Of a stretch of 64,000 nt of DNA, positions 1-10,007 are shown one piece after another. Each line of letters begins with the position of its first letter. The stretch's first letter is position 1. The notes beneath the pieces were generated by a model that worked only from the letters and a program-made list of their open reading frames with translations, was not told the origin of the DNA and did no database searches. The position numbers and the translations under genes were made by a program. Location: the NCBI GenBank assembly GCA_963797095.1, contig CAWCNY010000004.1, forward strand, positions 32,001-96,000. The letters are read 5' to 3'. Source of the stretch: an uncultured Chloroflexia bacterium (GTDB lineage Bacteria > Chloroflexota > Chloroflexia > QHBQ01 > JADMIH01).

Positions 1-182
1 TGTACTATCTGAACCCGATGGCGTCAATTGTGACGAACTTCCGGGAGATTTTCTACTACAGTGACTCGGCAAGCCCATCTCCGACATTCATGTTGCGCAA
101 TTTGATTGCTTGCACTGTTCTGCTTGTCCTGGGGTATTTCTTCTTTATGCGCTTCAGCCGCAACTTCGGGGAGGAGGTTTAG
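1..182 (+). CDS. wzm: ABC-2 polysaccharide export permease (Wzm/RfbA-like), 3' end only
   Basis: Frame from nt 3 reads YYLNPMASIVTNFREIFYY...GYFFFMRFSRNFGEEV* (TAG 180-182). The NP motif and C-terminus are typical of Wzm. Directly upstream of wzt. Not in the ORF track. Confidence 0.85.
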   Translation, partial: YYLNPMASIVTNFREIFYYSDSASPSPTFMLRNLIACTVLLVLGYFFFMRFSRNFGEEV

Positions 183-183
183 C

Positions 184-1689
184 GTGGCGCGGACGCGAGA
201 AGTACATAAGCAGGTTCGTACCAACGGCAATCTTGATGGCGAAATGCGCGCTCAGGATACGAAGGACTTGGCAGAACAGGAGAATGGACTTCTGCCTGAG
301 GAAGACCGTCTGCGTAATGAGCTAACTCCAAATGATAGCACCGAGACGCCCGCACGGCAGAAGGTGATCAAATTCAGCAACGTCTCAAAGCGATTCACAT
401 TACACCATGAGCGTGCGCGCTCGTTTCAGGACATTGTTGTGAGCCTATTTGGACTTCGGACGCCGTCACGTCGCGGCGTGGCGATGCCGCGACCAGCGCA
501 CGAGATATTCTGGGCGTTACAGGAAGTCAACTTTGGTGTCTATGCCGGGGAAGCCATCGGCATTATCGGGGAGAACGGCTCCGGGAAATCGACGACACTG
601 AAGCTGATCTCACGTATTCTGGAACCTACTTCCGGGAGTGTTTCGGTCAAGGGTAAGGTCTCGGCTTTATTGGAACTGGGCACAGGTTTCCACCCTGAGC
701 TAACCGGGCGCGAAAACATCTTTCTGAACGGTTCGTTGCTTGGAATCCCACGGAAAGAGATGGTGGAACGATACCAGTCGATAGTTGATTTCGCGGAGTT
801 GGACGAGTTCATCGATACCCCGATCAAGCACTATTCGTCGGGTATGGTGATGCGTCTTGGCTTCGCTGTGGCGATCAACGTTGACCCTGATATCCTGCTG
901 ACCGATGAGGTACTGGCGGTAGGTGACGAGGCATTTCAGCGAAAGTGCCTGGACTATATCGCGGCGCTCAGGAGGCGTGGGATAACAATTGTTTTTGTGT
1001 CACACGCTTTGGATTCGGTCAGGTCGCTCTGCCAGAGGACGGTATGGCTCGATCACGGGAAAGTTGTTGCTGACGGTCCAACCGCCGAGGTCATAGATAA
1101 ATACCTCGCCTTTGAGAATGAAAAGCACGCGGATCGGGTGAGAATCGCTATGGAGTCGCGAAGCGATGGTGCCGAACCGGGAAGCACGAGAGGCACCGGA
1201 GCCGAGAATACTGAGGCTGGAAGCCCCACAGATGCGCGCGCTGCCAAGCGTGCCGAAATCACCGGGGCCACTTTCTTGAATGACGAGGGAAACGAGCACG
1301 AGGTATTTCAAACCGGGCAACCGCTGACGATACGGATCGCTTATGACGCTCACGACAGGGTCGAGAACCCGGTCTTTGGGCTTGCTATTTACACGCAGGC
1401 GGGCGTCCATCTGAATGGACCGAACACTAAATTCGCGGGAGTGGACATTCCTGCAATTGAGGGAACAGGTTATGTTGAATACTCGATCACGGAGTTACCC
1501 TTGCTGGCAGGCGTGTATGACATAACAGTGGCGCTCACAGGGGCCGATATCGGGGATGTGCTCGACCACCAGCACCGCGCCTACAGCTTCCATGTGCAGC
1601 CCACACCTGGGCTAGCTGAGCGCTGGGGCCTCCTTCATATACCGGCGACATGGACGTTCCATCCCGGTGACGGGGAACCAGCGGCGTAA
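184..1689 (+). CDS. wzt: Polysaccharide ABC transporter ATP-binding protein with C-terminal Wzt_C domain
   Basis: GENGSGKST Walker A, YSSGMVMRLGFA signature, DEVLAVGD, FWAL motif, C-terminal beta domain. GTG start at 184 after GGAGGAGG preferred over 106. Confidence 0.9.
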   Translation: MARTREVHKQVRTNGNLDGEMRAQDTKDLAEQENGLLPEEDRLRNELTPNDSTETPARQKVIKFSNVSKRFTLHHERARSFQDIVVSLFGLRTPSRRGVAMPRPAHEIFWALQEVNFGVYAGEAIGIIGENGSGKSTTLKLISRILEPTSGSVSVKGKVSALLELGTGFHPELTGRENIFLNGSLLGIPRKEMVERYQSIVDFAELDEFIDTPIKHYSSGMVMRLGFAVAINVDPDILLTDEVLAVGDEAFQRKCLDYIAALRRRGITIVFVSHALDSVRSLCQRTVWLDHGKVVADGPTAEVIDKYLAFENEKHADRVRIAMESRSDGAEPGSTRGTGAENTEAGSPTDARAAKRAEITGATFLNDEGNEHEVFQTGQPLTIRIAYDAHDRVENPVFGLAIYTQAGVHLNGPNTKFAGVDIPAIEGTGYVEYSITELPLLAGVYDITVALTGADIGDVLDHQHRAYSFHVQPTPGLAERWGLLHIPATWTFHPGDGEPAA

Positions 1690-1692
1690 GCG

Positions 1693-3192
1693 TCAATTAG
1701 CTTCTTTTGCAGCGAGTTCGACCAGGGTACGGATCATTACTCCCGTTGCGCCCCTGATCTGCCAGGGGCAATCCTTCTCCAACCAGGCTGTACCAGCGAT
1801 GTCCAGGTGAACCCAGGGCGTGTCGCCAACGAATTGTTGAAGGAACATCCCTGCTATCAGAGCGCCTCCAAAACGACTTCCACTGTTCATCATGTCCGCG
1901 ATGTTGCTCTTAATCGAGTCGAAGTATTCAGGGAAGAGCGGCATTGGCCAGATACGCTCACCTGCGCGCCCGGCGGCAGCCAATACACTATCAAGCCATC
2001 CCTGAGGTCTTCCCATCGCCCCGGTGGCGGCAGTGCCGAGCGCGACCTTTATAGCACCGGTGAGGGTGGCAAGGTCAACTAGCCTGTCAGCACCCTTCTG
2101 GCGGGCAAGGTGAAGCACATCAGCAAGCACCAGTCGGCCCTCCGCATCGGTGTTCACAATCTCGATGGTCTTACGGTTTGCTGCCCGCACAACATCGCCG
2201 GGACGAGTGGCAGTTCCGCTAGGCATGTTCTCAACGAACCCCACCAGGCCGAGCACGTTCACCTTTGCGTGGATCGAGGCGAGGGCAAAGACTGCCCCCA
2301 CCGCAGCGGCAGCACCGCACATGTCGTATTTCATCCAGTGCATGTCGGAAGCAGGCTTGATTGAGATTCCCCCCGTGTCGAAGGTGACACCTTTGCCGAC
2401 AAAGGCAAGCGTTTGACCAGCTTGCGGTTCCGTACCACCATATTCCAACACGACCACTCGCGGAGGATTGGCGCTCCCCTGCGATACGCTTAAGAGCGAC
2501 GCCATCCCGGCCTCGCGAAGGGCAGGTTCCTCCATTACAGTGCATTGCACGCCCAGGGTCTCGGCCTTCTTTGCAACTTCCTGGGCAGCCCGCTCAGGCG
2601 TCATGACGTTACCCGGTTCGTCGCCTAGCCAACGCGCGAAGTTTACGGCCTCGGCAATCGCACGCCCATGTTGGAGAGCCTGCTCTTCAAGCTCGGAAGA
2701 TTCGCTCACCCATAGGCTGACCTGGGTGACTTCTCCTTTGTTCGGATGGTCCTTGTACAGGTCAGAATCCCAGAGGCCAGTTATTGCGCCATCGGCCATC
2801 GCCTGCACAGCAGTCGCCGAGTCAATGTCGGGAGGCCAGTCAAAGGCCAGGCAGACATGTCCTGCACGCTTGTTGCGAGCGTGGCGAACTGCTGCTGAAG
2901 CCAGCCTGCGGAAAGTGCGCAGATCGTAGGAATCGCGCTTGCCACTACCTAGAATAAGTACCCGCCGGCATTTGGTCGGGGAGGGATATATCCACTCTAC
3001 CTCGAAGGTGCCGCCCTTGAGAGAGCCACTGTCGACAAGGGACTGGACAAGCCCAGAGGTTGCAAGATCGAGCGCCTTTGCCGGGCCTGAAAGGCCAGCG
3101 CCCTTGCCGTGGGCCACCACGAGTAAGTCTGCTTCGATGCCGGCAATGTTGCCTGTGACCAGGCGCAGGGAGGGTGAAAGTTCTCCTGTCAT
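1693..3192 (-). CDS. pepA: Leucyl aminopeptidase (M17)
   Basis: VGKGVTFDTGG, MKYDMCGAA and NTDAEGRLVLAD motifs. Confidence 0.95.
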   Translation of the reverse strand: MTGELSPSLRLVTGNIAGIEADLLVVAHGKGAGLSGPAKALDLATSGLVQSLVDSGSLKGGTFEVEWIYPSPTKCRRVLILGSGKRDSYDLRTFRRLASAAVRHARNKRAGHVCLAFDWPPDIDSATAVQAMADGAITGLWDSDLYKDHPNKGEVTQVSLWVSESSELEEQALQHGRAIAEAVNFARWLGDEPGNVMTPERAAQEVAKKAETLGVQCTVMEEPALREAGMASLLSVSQGSANPPRVVVLEYGGTEPQAGQTLAFVGKGVTFDTGGISIKPASDMHWMKYDMCGAAAAVGAVFALASIHAKVNVLGLVGFVENMPSGTATRPGDVVRAANRKTIEIVNTDAEGRLVLADVLHLARQKGADRLVDLATLTGAIKVALGTAATGAMGRPQGWLDSVLAAAGRAGERIWPMPLFPEYFDSIKSNIADMMNSGSRFGGALIAGMFLQQFVGDTPWVHLDIAGTAWLEKDCPWQIRGATGVMIRTLVELAAKEAN

Positions 3193-4253
3193 CCCAGTTT
3201 CTCGCTGCTGTGACCCGGGAAGATGCTGGACTTGGGATCGATGTAGTGCTTGGCGACATTTACCGCCATCGCGGCCTGGCCGTAACCGGTCGCAATAAGG
3301 TTCATCTTCACCTCTTCGGCGGCTATGTCGCCCGCTGCAAAGATGCCAGGCAGATTCGTTTCCATCCTGTTATTGACCACGATGGCGCGACTCTTCTTGT
3401 CCAATTCCAGCCCCCACTCTCGTATCGGACCGATATCGGCTTTGAAGCCCACATTCACCAGGATGGCGTCGATATCGAGGGTGATTTCTTCCTTGGTCTG
3501 GTTGTTGAAGATGACAACCTGCTCGACCTGCCCGTCACCGGCGACCGAACTGACCTCATAAGGGGTCAAGATCTGGACAGGCAAGCTTCGCATCTCCGTG
3601 ACAGAGCTTTCATGAGCGCGAAACTCATCGCGCCTGTGTATGAGGGTTATTGACCTCGCCAGGTCGCACAGATTTATTGTCCAATCCACGGCGGAGTCGC
3701 CGCCACCAACGATCAGGAGGCGCTTGCCAGCAAAGGCGGCCTTTTCTTTGACGAAGTAGTGGACTCCATTATCCTCGTATTTCTCAATACCGGCTACCGC
3801 AAGCTTGTTCGGGGCGAAGGCGCCGACACCGGCACAGATCACGACGCTGCGGGTGCGATGTTCTCCTCTGTTCGTTGTAAGCACCCAATTGTTGTCATCG
3901 TCGCGTGACATCGCCAGCACACGCTCGCCGAGGCAGATGGAAGGGCTCCAAAGGTTTGCCTGCTCTACAAGCATCTTTACAAGGTCCTTCGCAATAATCT
4001 TCGGGAACCCGGGAGCATCAAAGATGTACTTCTCGGGATAAAGGGCTGTTAGCTGTCCACCCGGTTCTTCAAGTGCGTCGATGATTTTGGTTCTCATCGT
4101 GCGCATACCTGCATAGAATGCGCCAAATAACCCGGTGGGCCCAGCACCGATTATGGTTACATCATACAGATCGCCGGAGCCGCCATCCGCACGGTCATCC
4201 TGATCTTGCCCTGGCACAGAAGCGCCGTTGCTCGAATTCGTCGTCAGAGCCAT
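3189..4253 (-). CDS. Thioredoxin-reductase-like ferredoxin--NADP+ reductase (YumC type)
   Basis: GAGPTG, LYPEKYIFD, GGGDSAVD, HRRDEFRAH, C-terminal PGHSS. No CxxC, so FNR rather than TrxR. Confidence 0.88.
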   Translation of the reverse strand: MALTTNSSNGASVPGQDQDDRADGGSGDLYDVTIIGAGPTGLFGAFYAGMRTMRTKIIDALEEPGGQLTALYPEKYIFDAPGFPKIIAKDLVKMLVEQANLWSPSICLGERVLAMSRDDDNNWVLTTNRGEHRTRSVVICAGVGAFAPNKLAVAGIEKYEDNGVHYFVKEKAAFAGKRLLIVGGGDSAVDWTINLCDLARSITLIHRRDEFRAHESSVTEMRSLPVQILTPYEVSSVAGDGQVEQVVIFNNQTKEEITLDIDAILVNVGFKADIGPIREWGLELDKKSRAIVVNNRMETNLPGIFAAGDIAAEEVKMNLIATGYGQAAMAVNVAKHYIDPKSSIFPGHSSEKLG

Positions 4254-4340
4254 TGTTCTCCTCCAAATGAGAGAGTTTAGATGGTATTCGCATCTATTAT
4301 AAACTATTGGAGGAGTACGCGCAGAGAATGGAGGCTAATG

Positions 4341-6653
4341 TTACGGAGCCTGAGCGGCAAGAGCGACCATTTTTGCGAGTTGGGCACGGTTCACGTCGCG
4401 TTCGGGTCCGAAGGTGCCGTCCGGAAAGCCTACGATGATCCCATGACTCAAAGCGGTTTCGACGTAACTGTAAGCCCAGTGGTCGGGTGGCACGTCGGGG
4501 AAGGCAGGGACGAGAGGAGTAAGCAGCGGCCAGCTCCTACCAAGCACCAGCATCTTGGCGGCCTGCACCCTTGAAAGGGGATTGCCTGGCCGGAAAGTGC
4601 CGTCAGGGTACCCGCCGATTACGCCGTGCTGGTAGGCGGCCTCCACAAAAGCGTAAAAGGTGCTGCCAGGCTCCACGTCCGAGAATGTGGGGGGAGCGGG
4701 TGCGTATGGCACCCAACCAAGGCCCAGCACGAGCAGTTTGGTGAACTGCGCACGCGTGCTGCCTTCGTCGGGTCTGAATGTTGAGTCGTCATAGCCGCCG
4801 AGCGCACCCTGGCAATAAAGGTAGCTGACATAGCTGTAAGCCCAATGAGTGTCTGGAAGATCGGAAAAGCGCATACCGCAAGGGCCAGGGGTCCAGCTGG
4901 CCGCTGGCGTGCCGGTTTGTGTTGGGGTAGGGGTCGCTGTGGAGGGGGCGATGCTGGTAGGGACAAGGGTTGGGGTTGAAGTGCGGTTCGGTGGGGCTGT
5001 TGGTGGTGGGGGAGGGGGATCTGAGGAGATGGAAGGGATCCACATTACGGCGTCGAACCAGACATTCTTACCGCTTTCTCCTGTCCAGTCGCTCAGGGAT
5101 ACGCGAGCAGGCGTGCCGCTGCTGAACAGGAACTTGCCTAAATTTGCCCAACTGCCGTTGCCAACATCTGTGATGGCTCGCTGGCTGGTGATTATCTGGT
5201 AGGTGCCATCGGCCGCGAATACCTGATACCTGGCAGCAGAGGTATCGGGAGTGTGATTGTCCACCCAGGGAATGAAAGCATAGACGTCATAATAGCCGCT
5301 GGAGGGGAGGTAGCTACTCCAGTTCGCAGAATTGTAGCTGCTGGCCTGGTTTATTACTGAGGTGGTTGCGTAGGTGCTCGAGTTGTTGTAGCCGTTGCCG
5401 TATATCCACCAGTAGTGTTCAGGATCGAGGTTGGATGGAGTGGCGGTGAAGCCGGGATCGGTGTTGTCGACCAGGGCGGCGCGCTGCGTGTCTCGCCTGA
5501 CGAGTGACATGTAGTAGGTCCAGTCCCAGAGGGGACCGGGGTCGGTGTGGGACTGGTTGGGCACCTGATAGTGGCCGATGATGTGGGCGCGATCCTTCTT
5601 GATAGGGTACTGTTCGGTTATGTCGCGTGCCAGAGCTGCCGATGACTGGTACATCGCCTCAGTGTACCAACCGGACTGGCTTTGATAACCTTCGTGTTCG
5701 ATGCCGATTGCGCGCACGTTGTAGTCCCAATTGCCGGCCTGGTAAGCGGTGTTGGCTTCGCGCACCATCTGGGTGATTTGCCCATCGGACGAGCGAATGA
5801 CGTAGTGGGCAGATACACCTGAGCCGGGGTTCTGGAACCATGAGATGGCAGAGGCATAGGAGCCCTCGGTGTCGTGGATTATGAGCGTGTCTATGGGTGG
5901 GTAAGGCCGTCCCGCCATGTAATTGTTGGCGTTGGCCGGAACCCAGAGAGCGGGCGGGTAGTCGGGACTGTCGGGGCTTTGTGCCGGCGGAGTAAGAGGC
6001 GCGGGCACGCCATCGATGCGCGTTGGGGAGAGCACGGCCTGCTCGCCTGTGGAGAGCGTCGCGGAGACACCTGACTGCATCGTGTTGAACACCTCCTGTG
6101 CATAGCCGTCACGCACCAGGGGGTCGGTTGCACCTGAATAAGCTGCCACTGTCGCATACCAGTCCGCTAATGTGTTGGATTTGCTTGTAGTGGATGGACT
6201 ATTACGGGATATGTCGTTCAGGAGGGCAGCACCCGCTTCAATGTTTGCTTCCTCGAAGGACCTGATAAATTCACGCGCCAGACCTGTCAGCTTCACGACC
6301 CGGTCCATAGTGCCGTCTGATCTGTCAGTAATATGCATTATTCCGAAGCCGTAGTCGACGGAGGGCGCACCGCCGCGCTGCTCCCAGTGTGATTCGACCC
6401 AACCAACCGACATTAAAACGGGCAGCGGTACGTTCCAGTGCCTGGAGGCAACTTCGAAGGCAGACTGGACCGTGCCCCCAGCGGGGGGCGTTGGCGCGCC
6501 GGCGGTGGCCGGGACAGAGCCGCTGCTGAGGGCAAGCAGGGTGAGCACAGAAAGTAGAGCCGCGCCGAAGTAGCGCGCCAACTGCGCAAGCGCACCGGTT
6601 TGGGTGCTGGAGGAACAGTGGAACAGATGCATGGGTCGACCTCCCTTGCTCAT
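4341..6653 (-). CDS. Secreted cell-wall hydrolase: lysozyme/SLT-like N-domain + Amidase_2 + beta-sandwich + Pro/Thr linker + 3 SLH repeats
   Basis: Hydrophobic signal region; IIHDTEG, SAHYVI, IGIEHEG, HTDPG amidase motifs; three FxDxxxxxW/F...GYxDxTFxP...RAQ SLH repeats. Exact start uncertain. Confidence 0.85.
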   Translation of the reverse strand: MSKGGRPMHLFHCSSSTQTGALAQLARYFGAALLSVLTLLALSSGSVPATAGAPTPPAGGTVQSAFEVASRHWNVPLPVLMSVGWVESHWEQRGGAPSVDYGFGIMHITDRSDGTMDRVVKLTGLAREFIRSFEEANIEAGAALLNDISRNSPSTTSKSNTLADWYATVAAYSGATDPLVRDGYAQEVFNTMQSGVSATLSTGEQAVLSPTRIDGVPAPLTPPAQSPDSPDYPPALWVPANANNYMAGRPYPPIDTLIIHDTEGSYASAISWFQNPGSGVSAHYVIRSSDGQITQMVREANTAYQAGNWDYNVRAIGIEHEGYQSQSGWYTEAMYQSSAALARDITEQYPIKKDRAHIIGHYQVPNQSHTDPGPLWDWTYYMSLVRRDTQRAALVDNTDPGFTATPSNLDPEHYWWIYGNGYNNSSTYATTSVINQASSYNSANWSSYLPSSGYYDVYAFIPWVDNHTPDTSAARYQVFAADGTYQIITSQRAITDVGNGSWANLGKFLFSSGTPARVSLSDWTGESGKNVWFDAVMWIPSISSDPPPPPPTAPPNRTSTPTLVPTSIAPSTATPTPTQTGTPAASWTPGPCGMRFSDLPDTHWAYSYVSYLYCQGALGGYDDSTFRPDEGSTRAQFTKLLVLGLGWVPYAPAPPTFSDVEPGSTFYAFVEAAYQHGVIGGYPDGTFRPGNPLSRVQAAKMLVLGRSWPLLTPLVPAFPDVPPDHWAYSYVETALSHGIIVGFPDGTFGPERDVNRAQLAKMVALAAQAP

Positions 6654-6713
6654 GCCTTGCGAGCCGCCTTACTTTACAATAGAACGTGCCCAGACGCGGG
6701 AGGTTGCACCCGA

Positions 6714-7229
6714 TCACAACTGCGATTGCAGATACCTGGCGCGGCTATCCTCAATCAACACTACGGCGCGTTCATAGTCTGCCCAACCGTCCAATGTAGT
6801 TTCGACGTCCTGGAGCCGCTTGTATGTCTGGAAGAAGTTCTCGATTTCGCGAAGCCAGTGACCGGGTATGTCGTCCAGGCGCTTCGCGTCGGAGAAGCGA
6901 GGCTCGCCCAGGGGCACCGCCAGAATCTTGGCGTCCTCGCCTTTTTCGTCATGCATCAGGAGTACACCGATCGGGCGCGCAATCACCAGACAGCCCGGAA
7001 AAGTGGGCTCCTCGACCATTATGAGCGCATCCAGTTCGTCACCATCGAGAGAAAGGGTTTGAGGGATGAAACCGTAATCGGTCGGATAGTGAACGGAAGA
7101 ATAAAGAACGCGATCAAGCTTGATAACGCCGCGATGCCGGTCGAACTCGTACTTATTACGGCTACCGCGAGGTATCTCGACAAGAACGTCAATCGTAAAC
7201 TCATGAGGTGGTTGGTCGTCAGGGGACAT
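6714..7229 (-). CDS. ppa: Family I inorganic pyrophosphatase
   Basis: EIPRGSRNKYE, YGFIPQT, DGDELD, DEKGEDAK. Start moved to ATG 7229 (AGGAG upstream). Confidence 0.93.
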   Translation of the reverse strand: MSPDDQPPHEFTIDVLVEIPRGSRNKYEFDRHRGVIKLDRVLYSSVHYPTDYGFIPQTLSLDGDELDALIMVEEPTFPGCLVIARPIGVLLMHDEKGEDAKILAVPLGEPRFSDAKRLDDIPGHWLREIENFFQTYKRLQDVETTLDGWADYERAVVLIEDSRARYLQSQL

Positions 7230-7351
7230 GCTGTTCTCCTGTGCACTTCGTGCGTTGAGGGTGACAACATTGTAGTCGTGGACCAGCCAAACGGTCAAGA
7301 TTCGTTTGTCCTTGACGGAGTTTGGCTGGGTAAGCATTTGAAAGTGGTTGG

Positions 7352-7549
7352 GCCTACCCCAAAGCAGTTGGGAAGCTCAGGAAGAAGGGTACTCTACCAG
7401 AATGCTGCAAGCTGAGACCCATCAAGTAGTTGAATATCCTCGTTGAGCAGGACCATCGCTACCTCAAACGGCGAGTAAAACCTGGCATGGGCTTCCGGTC
7501 GTTTGACACAGCATGGCGAACACTGCAAGGGTACGAGGCGATGCATCAG
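7352..7549 (+). pseudogene. IS6-family transposase fragment with internal stop
   Basis: Manual translation AYPKAVGKLRKKGTLPECCKLRPIK*LNILVEQDHRYLKRRVKPGMGFRSFDTAWRTLQGYEAMHQ fits the IS6 (K)YLNNxxEQDHR...GF.SF..A..TL.G.EAM pattern. TAG at 7427-7429 replaces Tyr. Confidence 0.85.
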
Positions 7550-7809
7550 CAGACGTTGAGCGCTTTTATTTCGTCGTGACACAGACGGGGCTATTGACCA
7601 CTCCCTCGGACATAATAGGCTTTGAGGGTTATGTCACTGGACCCTCGAACGCTTATGTAAAGTATACACGTGCCGAGGGTAGTGTAGGTGGAAGCTTGGC
7701 TATCGAAGGCAAGTACTACCAAAGATTCAGCAGCATCGGAGATTGGCAGAGCGTGATGCTACCGACACCCATCCGTAGGGACAACTCGACAGGCTCTGAT
7801 AGGTCGTAG
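7550..7809 (+). pseudogene. Gene fragment, possibly LppX/LprAFG-like lipoprotein remnant
   Basis: RFYFVVTQ...FEGYVTGP...LAIEGKYYQR...W pattern. No own start or signal; fused to the IS6 remnant. Confidence 0.25.
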
Positions 7810-7847
7810 CACCACGTCGACGCACTAACGAATAATCGCACAAGACA

Positions 7848-7907
7848 GGGTTGCACCACGATTATCGAAGGGTGGCATGACCGCGGATGGGAATAACAGC
7901 CTTCACA
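7848..7907 (+). mobile_element. 3' end of an integrase-core (rve, IS481/IS3-like) insertion sequence
   Basis: GLHHDYRRVA* (7848-7880) matches the LGGLHH(D/E)YRRAA C-terminus of integrase-core transposases. Followed by CGGATGGGAATAACAGCCTTCACA, ending in CA like an IS right end. Confidence 0.65.
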
Positions 7908-7960
7908 GGAGGAGGCGGAGCCCCGGCCAGTAAGCGTCGAAGCTTAGCGCAGACAAATAC

Positions 7961-7997
7961 CCAGAAAGAGCGGCTCACAGGGGACCGCTCTTTCTGG
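7961..7997 (-). terminator. Hairpin terminator downstream of the 661-aa gene
   Basis: CCAGAAAGAGCGG / CCGCTCTTTCTGG perfect 13-bp stem, 24 nt past the stop at 8022. Confidence 0.7.
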
Positions 7998-8021
7998 CTA
8001 CTACCAGACGTAAGAATGGGT

Positions 8022-10007
8022 CTACTCTTGCAGAGAGCCCACCTCCAGCCAGCCGACAACCGGATACGGCTCGTTGTCGTCACGCAGCACTCCCTGGGTT
8101 GGTGTGCTGCTCAAGGCTGCAATCTGATCATTGTCCTGCTTCAACTTCGCCTCGTCGGCGGCCAATGTGGCCCGAGCCTTAGCCAGGATGGTCGGGTTAA
8201 CGTGGCTGGCCTCGGACTGTAGTTCCTGTAAGTCGCCCTTATCGCCCTGCACCACAACGGCGAGTTGGTCCCTCTGTTGCTTGAGCGCGTCCAACTGAGA
8301 TTGGATATCAAGGTTGGGGATGTTGCTTGCGGGCGCCGATATCGCATGGCTGGCGTCTTGCATGTTCAGCCCGACGAGCTCGCTCGTGTCGTACTCGTCT
8401 GTCAGTATTCCTTGTTCGAGGATCGCGGTCGCTATTGCAGCACCCGCAGGGCCGCCTAGCTGGGGCAGCCAGACATGGAAAATGTCGCTCCAAGTCTCTG
8501 CAGAGAAATAACCATCGGCAGCGGCCGGGTCCATCTCTCCAAGCTGCTGTCGGGTCCAGTTGCGCGTACTCCGCTTCGGCAGTTGCGGTGCAACGTAACC
8601 ATCCTGGTTCAGTTTGATGACCACGTCTACCGCGTCCTGCCCGTCGGACCTGATTTCAACCGAGCACCCGCTACGCACCGTAAACTGAAATGCAACAGTG
8701 AGGGGTCCCGGCGTACCGGTTCCTGGTGGTTGCCGGTCCGTCCCAGGCGGCCTTACGGTCAGGTGGAACTCGGAAGAACCCTGGAATGGGAAAGACTTTA
8801 TTTTCGGGTGTGCTTCGACGTGAAGCGACCCGGTCGGGATACCCAGTAGGGTCTCGTGAGCCTTTACCACCTCATTGACCATGTGCGAGAAGAATGGACC
8901 GTCGTCAGGCTGGTTATCGTCGTAAGCATGGCCCGGATCCGTGGTGAACCTCTGGCTGACCAGGTAGGGGCGAGACGTGACCAGCACGCGGGTGAAGTTA
9001 GGTGCGCTGTTGGCTAAGGGAGGCGCCAGCGCACTCGTGGCAATTCGCGCCGCGGCCATGAGCAGAGGCGGGTGGATTTCAGTACGGAACGCTGTAAGGC
9101 CGGGATGCACATCGTCGTTGTGATCGCCGTCGCAGCTGGTAATGGCAATCTTGTGCCCGCAGTCAACGATCCAGCGCCCAAACACGGCCACCCGGTCGCC
9201 CTGGTCTACCCCGCCCCGGCGCCAATCGAAAAACTGCCCTGGAACCAGCCCTCCGTCTATTTCAACGCCTAGGAGGCTGGGCAGACCGTCCGGGCCGAAA
9301 GGGATGATGGGTTGTCCCTGGGGATCTTTTGCATCGCCCGCCTGCCGGACTGCCTCGGGGTAAGCCTCCTCGTCGCAAGACTGGTCGGCCGGGGTCAGCA
9401 GGAATGTGTAACGGTTCGGATCGCCTCCGGGTTGGTCGAGAGCCATCATGAATTCCCAATCGAACCCGAAAGGATGGTCAAAGGGGACGTCCGTCCACGA
9501 GAATTCCGGGTTCAACAGCCAGCCGGTAGCGCCAACCAGATTGTGCCCTTCATAATCTTCGTCGTGGGCCCCGGTATTTGTGAGATCTGTTGGTAGCACC
9601 TGTTTCCATTCTTGTTCCGCATCACGAGAAGGGAACTTCCCTCCAAGGATCGTGGATTCGTCAGGATGTCCGAACGCGACCGTCTGAGCGTAGTGAGTCT
9701 CAACTTTTGGCAGGTCGGGTGGATTGGTGAATTGTATCTCGAGGATTTGTTGAGGTTGCATCACCAGGCAACCGTTCGACACAAGTTGGCCCCTAACCGC
9801 AGCCACCTGAGCGTCTATCTGTCTCAGTTTCGCCTCGTCTGCGGCCAACTTCGCCTCGGCCTGGGCCAGCTCAGCCGGGTTGACATGGCCGGCCTCGGAT
9901 TGTAGTTCCTGCAAATCACCTCTATCGGACACTATCTCAGTGGCTAGGCTCTCCCTCTGTTTGGAGAGCGGCAGCAAGTCGGCTCGAATCTCTTCGCATG
10001 TCTTCAT
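8022..10007 (-). CDS. Hypothetical protein (661 aa) with duplicated ~65-aa helical hairpin and a core carrying GDRVAVFGRWIVDCGH...EIHP
   Basis: Long ORF. ATG 10007 preceded by AGGAGG; the track start at 10232 gives an unnatural N-terminus. Confidence 0.8.
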   Translation of the reverse strand: MKTCEEIRADLLPLSKQRESLATEIVSDRGDLQELQSEAGHVNPAELAQAEAKLAADEAKLRQIDAQVAAVRGQLVSNGCLVMQPQQILEIQFTNPPDLPKVETHYAQTVAFGHPDESTILGGKFPSRDAEQEWKQVLPTDLTNTGAHDEDYEGHNLVGATGWLLNPEFSWTDVPFDHPFGFDWEFMMALDQPGGDPNRYTFLLTPADQSCDEEAYPEAVRQAGDAKDPQGQPIIPFGPDGLPSLLGVEIDGGLVPGQFFDWRRGGVDQGDRVAVFGRWIVDCGHKIAITSCDGDHNDDVHPGLTAFRTEIHPPLLMAAARIATSALAPPLANSAPNFTRVLVTSRPYLVSQRFTTDPGHAYDDNQPDDGPFFSHMVNEVVKAHETLLGIPTGSLHVEAHPKIKSFPFQGSSEFHLTVRPPGTDRQPPGTGTPGPLTVAFQFTVRSGCSVEIRSDGQDAVDVVIKLNQDGYVAPQLPKRSTRNWTRQQLGEMDPAAADGYFSAETWSDIFHVWLPQLGGPAGAAIATAILEQGILTDEYDTSELVGLNMQDASHAISAPASNIPNLDIQSQLDALKQQRDQLAVVVQGDKGDLQELQSEASHVNPTILAKARATLAADEAKLKQDNDQIAALSSTPTQGVLRDDNEPYPVVGWLEVGSLQE

